In this document: positions 31,894 to 32,000 of the stretch, piece by piece
Position numbering within the stretch: position 1 is the stretch's first letter
Layout of the letters: the number at the start of each line of letters is the position of its first letter
Source: Bacteriovoracia bacterium
GTDB taxonomy: Bacteria > Bdellovibrionota > UBA1018 > JBFWNL01
Direction of reading: 5' to 3'
Assembly: GCA_050251055.1 (NCBI GenBank)
Contig: JBFWNL010000002.1
Coordinates: 223,814-255,813 of the forward strand
Length of the DNA: 32,000 bases
The notes under the pieces: generated by a model
What the model was told of the DNA's origin: nothing
Database searches by the model: none
The model's input: the letters and a program-made list of their open reading frames with translations, nothing else
Position numbers and translations under genes: made by a program

Positions 31894-32000
31894 ATGCAAT
31901 CCAAACTGATTCCCACCCTGCTGCTAGCGATTTTCACGGCCTTCCCGTTGGCTTCGGCCCGCGCCGATGATGCTCCGGCCGTTCCGCCGCAAGCCGAGGT
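31894..32000 (+). CDS. Exported protein, 3' end outside window
   Basis: AAGGAG (31882-31887) lies 6 nt before ATG 31894. The translation MQSKLIPTLLLAIFTAFPLASA|RADDAPAVPPQAE is a clean signal peptide. It is open to the window end and too short to appear in the ORF track. Confidence 0.5.
   Translation, partial: MQSKLIPTLLLAIFTAFPLASARADDAPAVPPQAE

Overview
This is a 32-kb chromosomal-looking segment with GC in the high 50s percent (estimated by eye, not computed). It comes from a diderm bacterium: it carries a TolC-family channel, an RND pump, an LptF/LptG-family permease and many lipobox or signal-peptide proteins. I call 24 protein-coding genes, two of them cut by the window edges. I found no rRNA, tRNA, CRISPR array, transposase or integrase. 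The taxon cannot be fixed from sequence alone; the gene mix resembles secretome-rich predatory or Planctomycete-like genomes. Exported proteins dominate: three subtilisin-type (S8) genes, a tandem pair of clan-CD cysteine-peptidase-like genes, a PHP-type phosphoesterase lipoprotein, a beta-helix lipoprotein, a secreted pentapeptide-repeat protein, four small outer-membrane (OM) beta-barrel candidates, and a 1285-aa lipoprotein with two CXXCH modules flanking about nine Ig-like modules. Gene starts were refined from the ORF track using signal peptides, ribosome-binding sites (RBS) and ATGA/TTGA stop-start overlaps. Most worth a second look: (1) a three-gene operon where an intact S8 protease is followed by an S8 homolog that has lost catalytic Asp and His but keeps Ser; (2) overlapping clostripain-like (C11) and divergent His/Cys-dyad genes; (3) the DUF1501-type plus CXXCH/Ig-array lipoprotein pair; (4) a TolC-RND operon with no adaptor gene and a perfect 23-bp palindrome over the TolC start codon; (5) an LptF/G-family permease translationally coupled to a PHP lipoprotein and an OM barrel; (6) two divergent genes with no intergenic DNA. 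All family assignments rest on motif recognition by eye and need HMM or structure confirmation.
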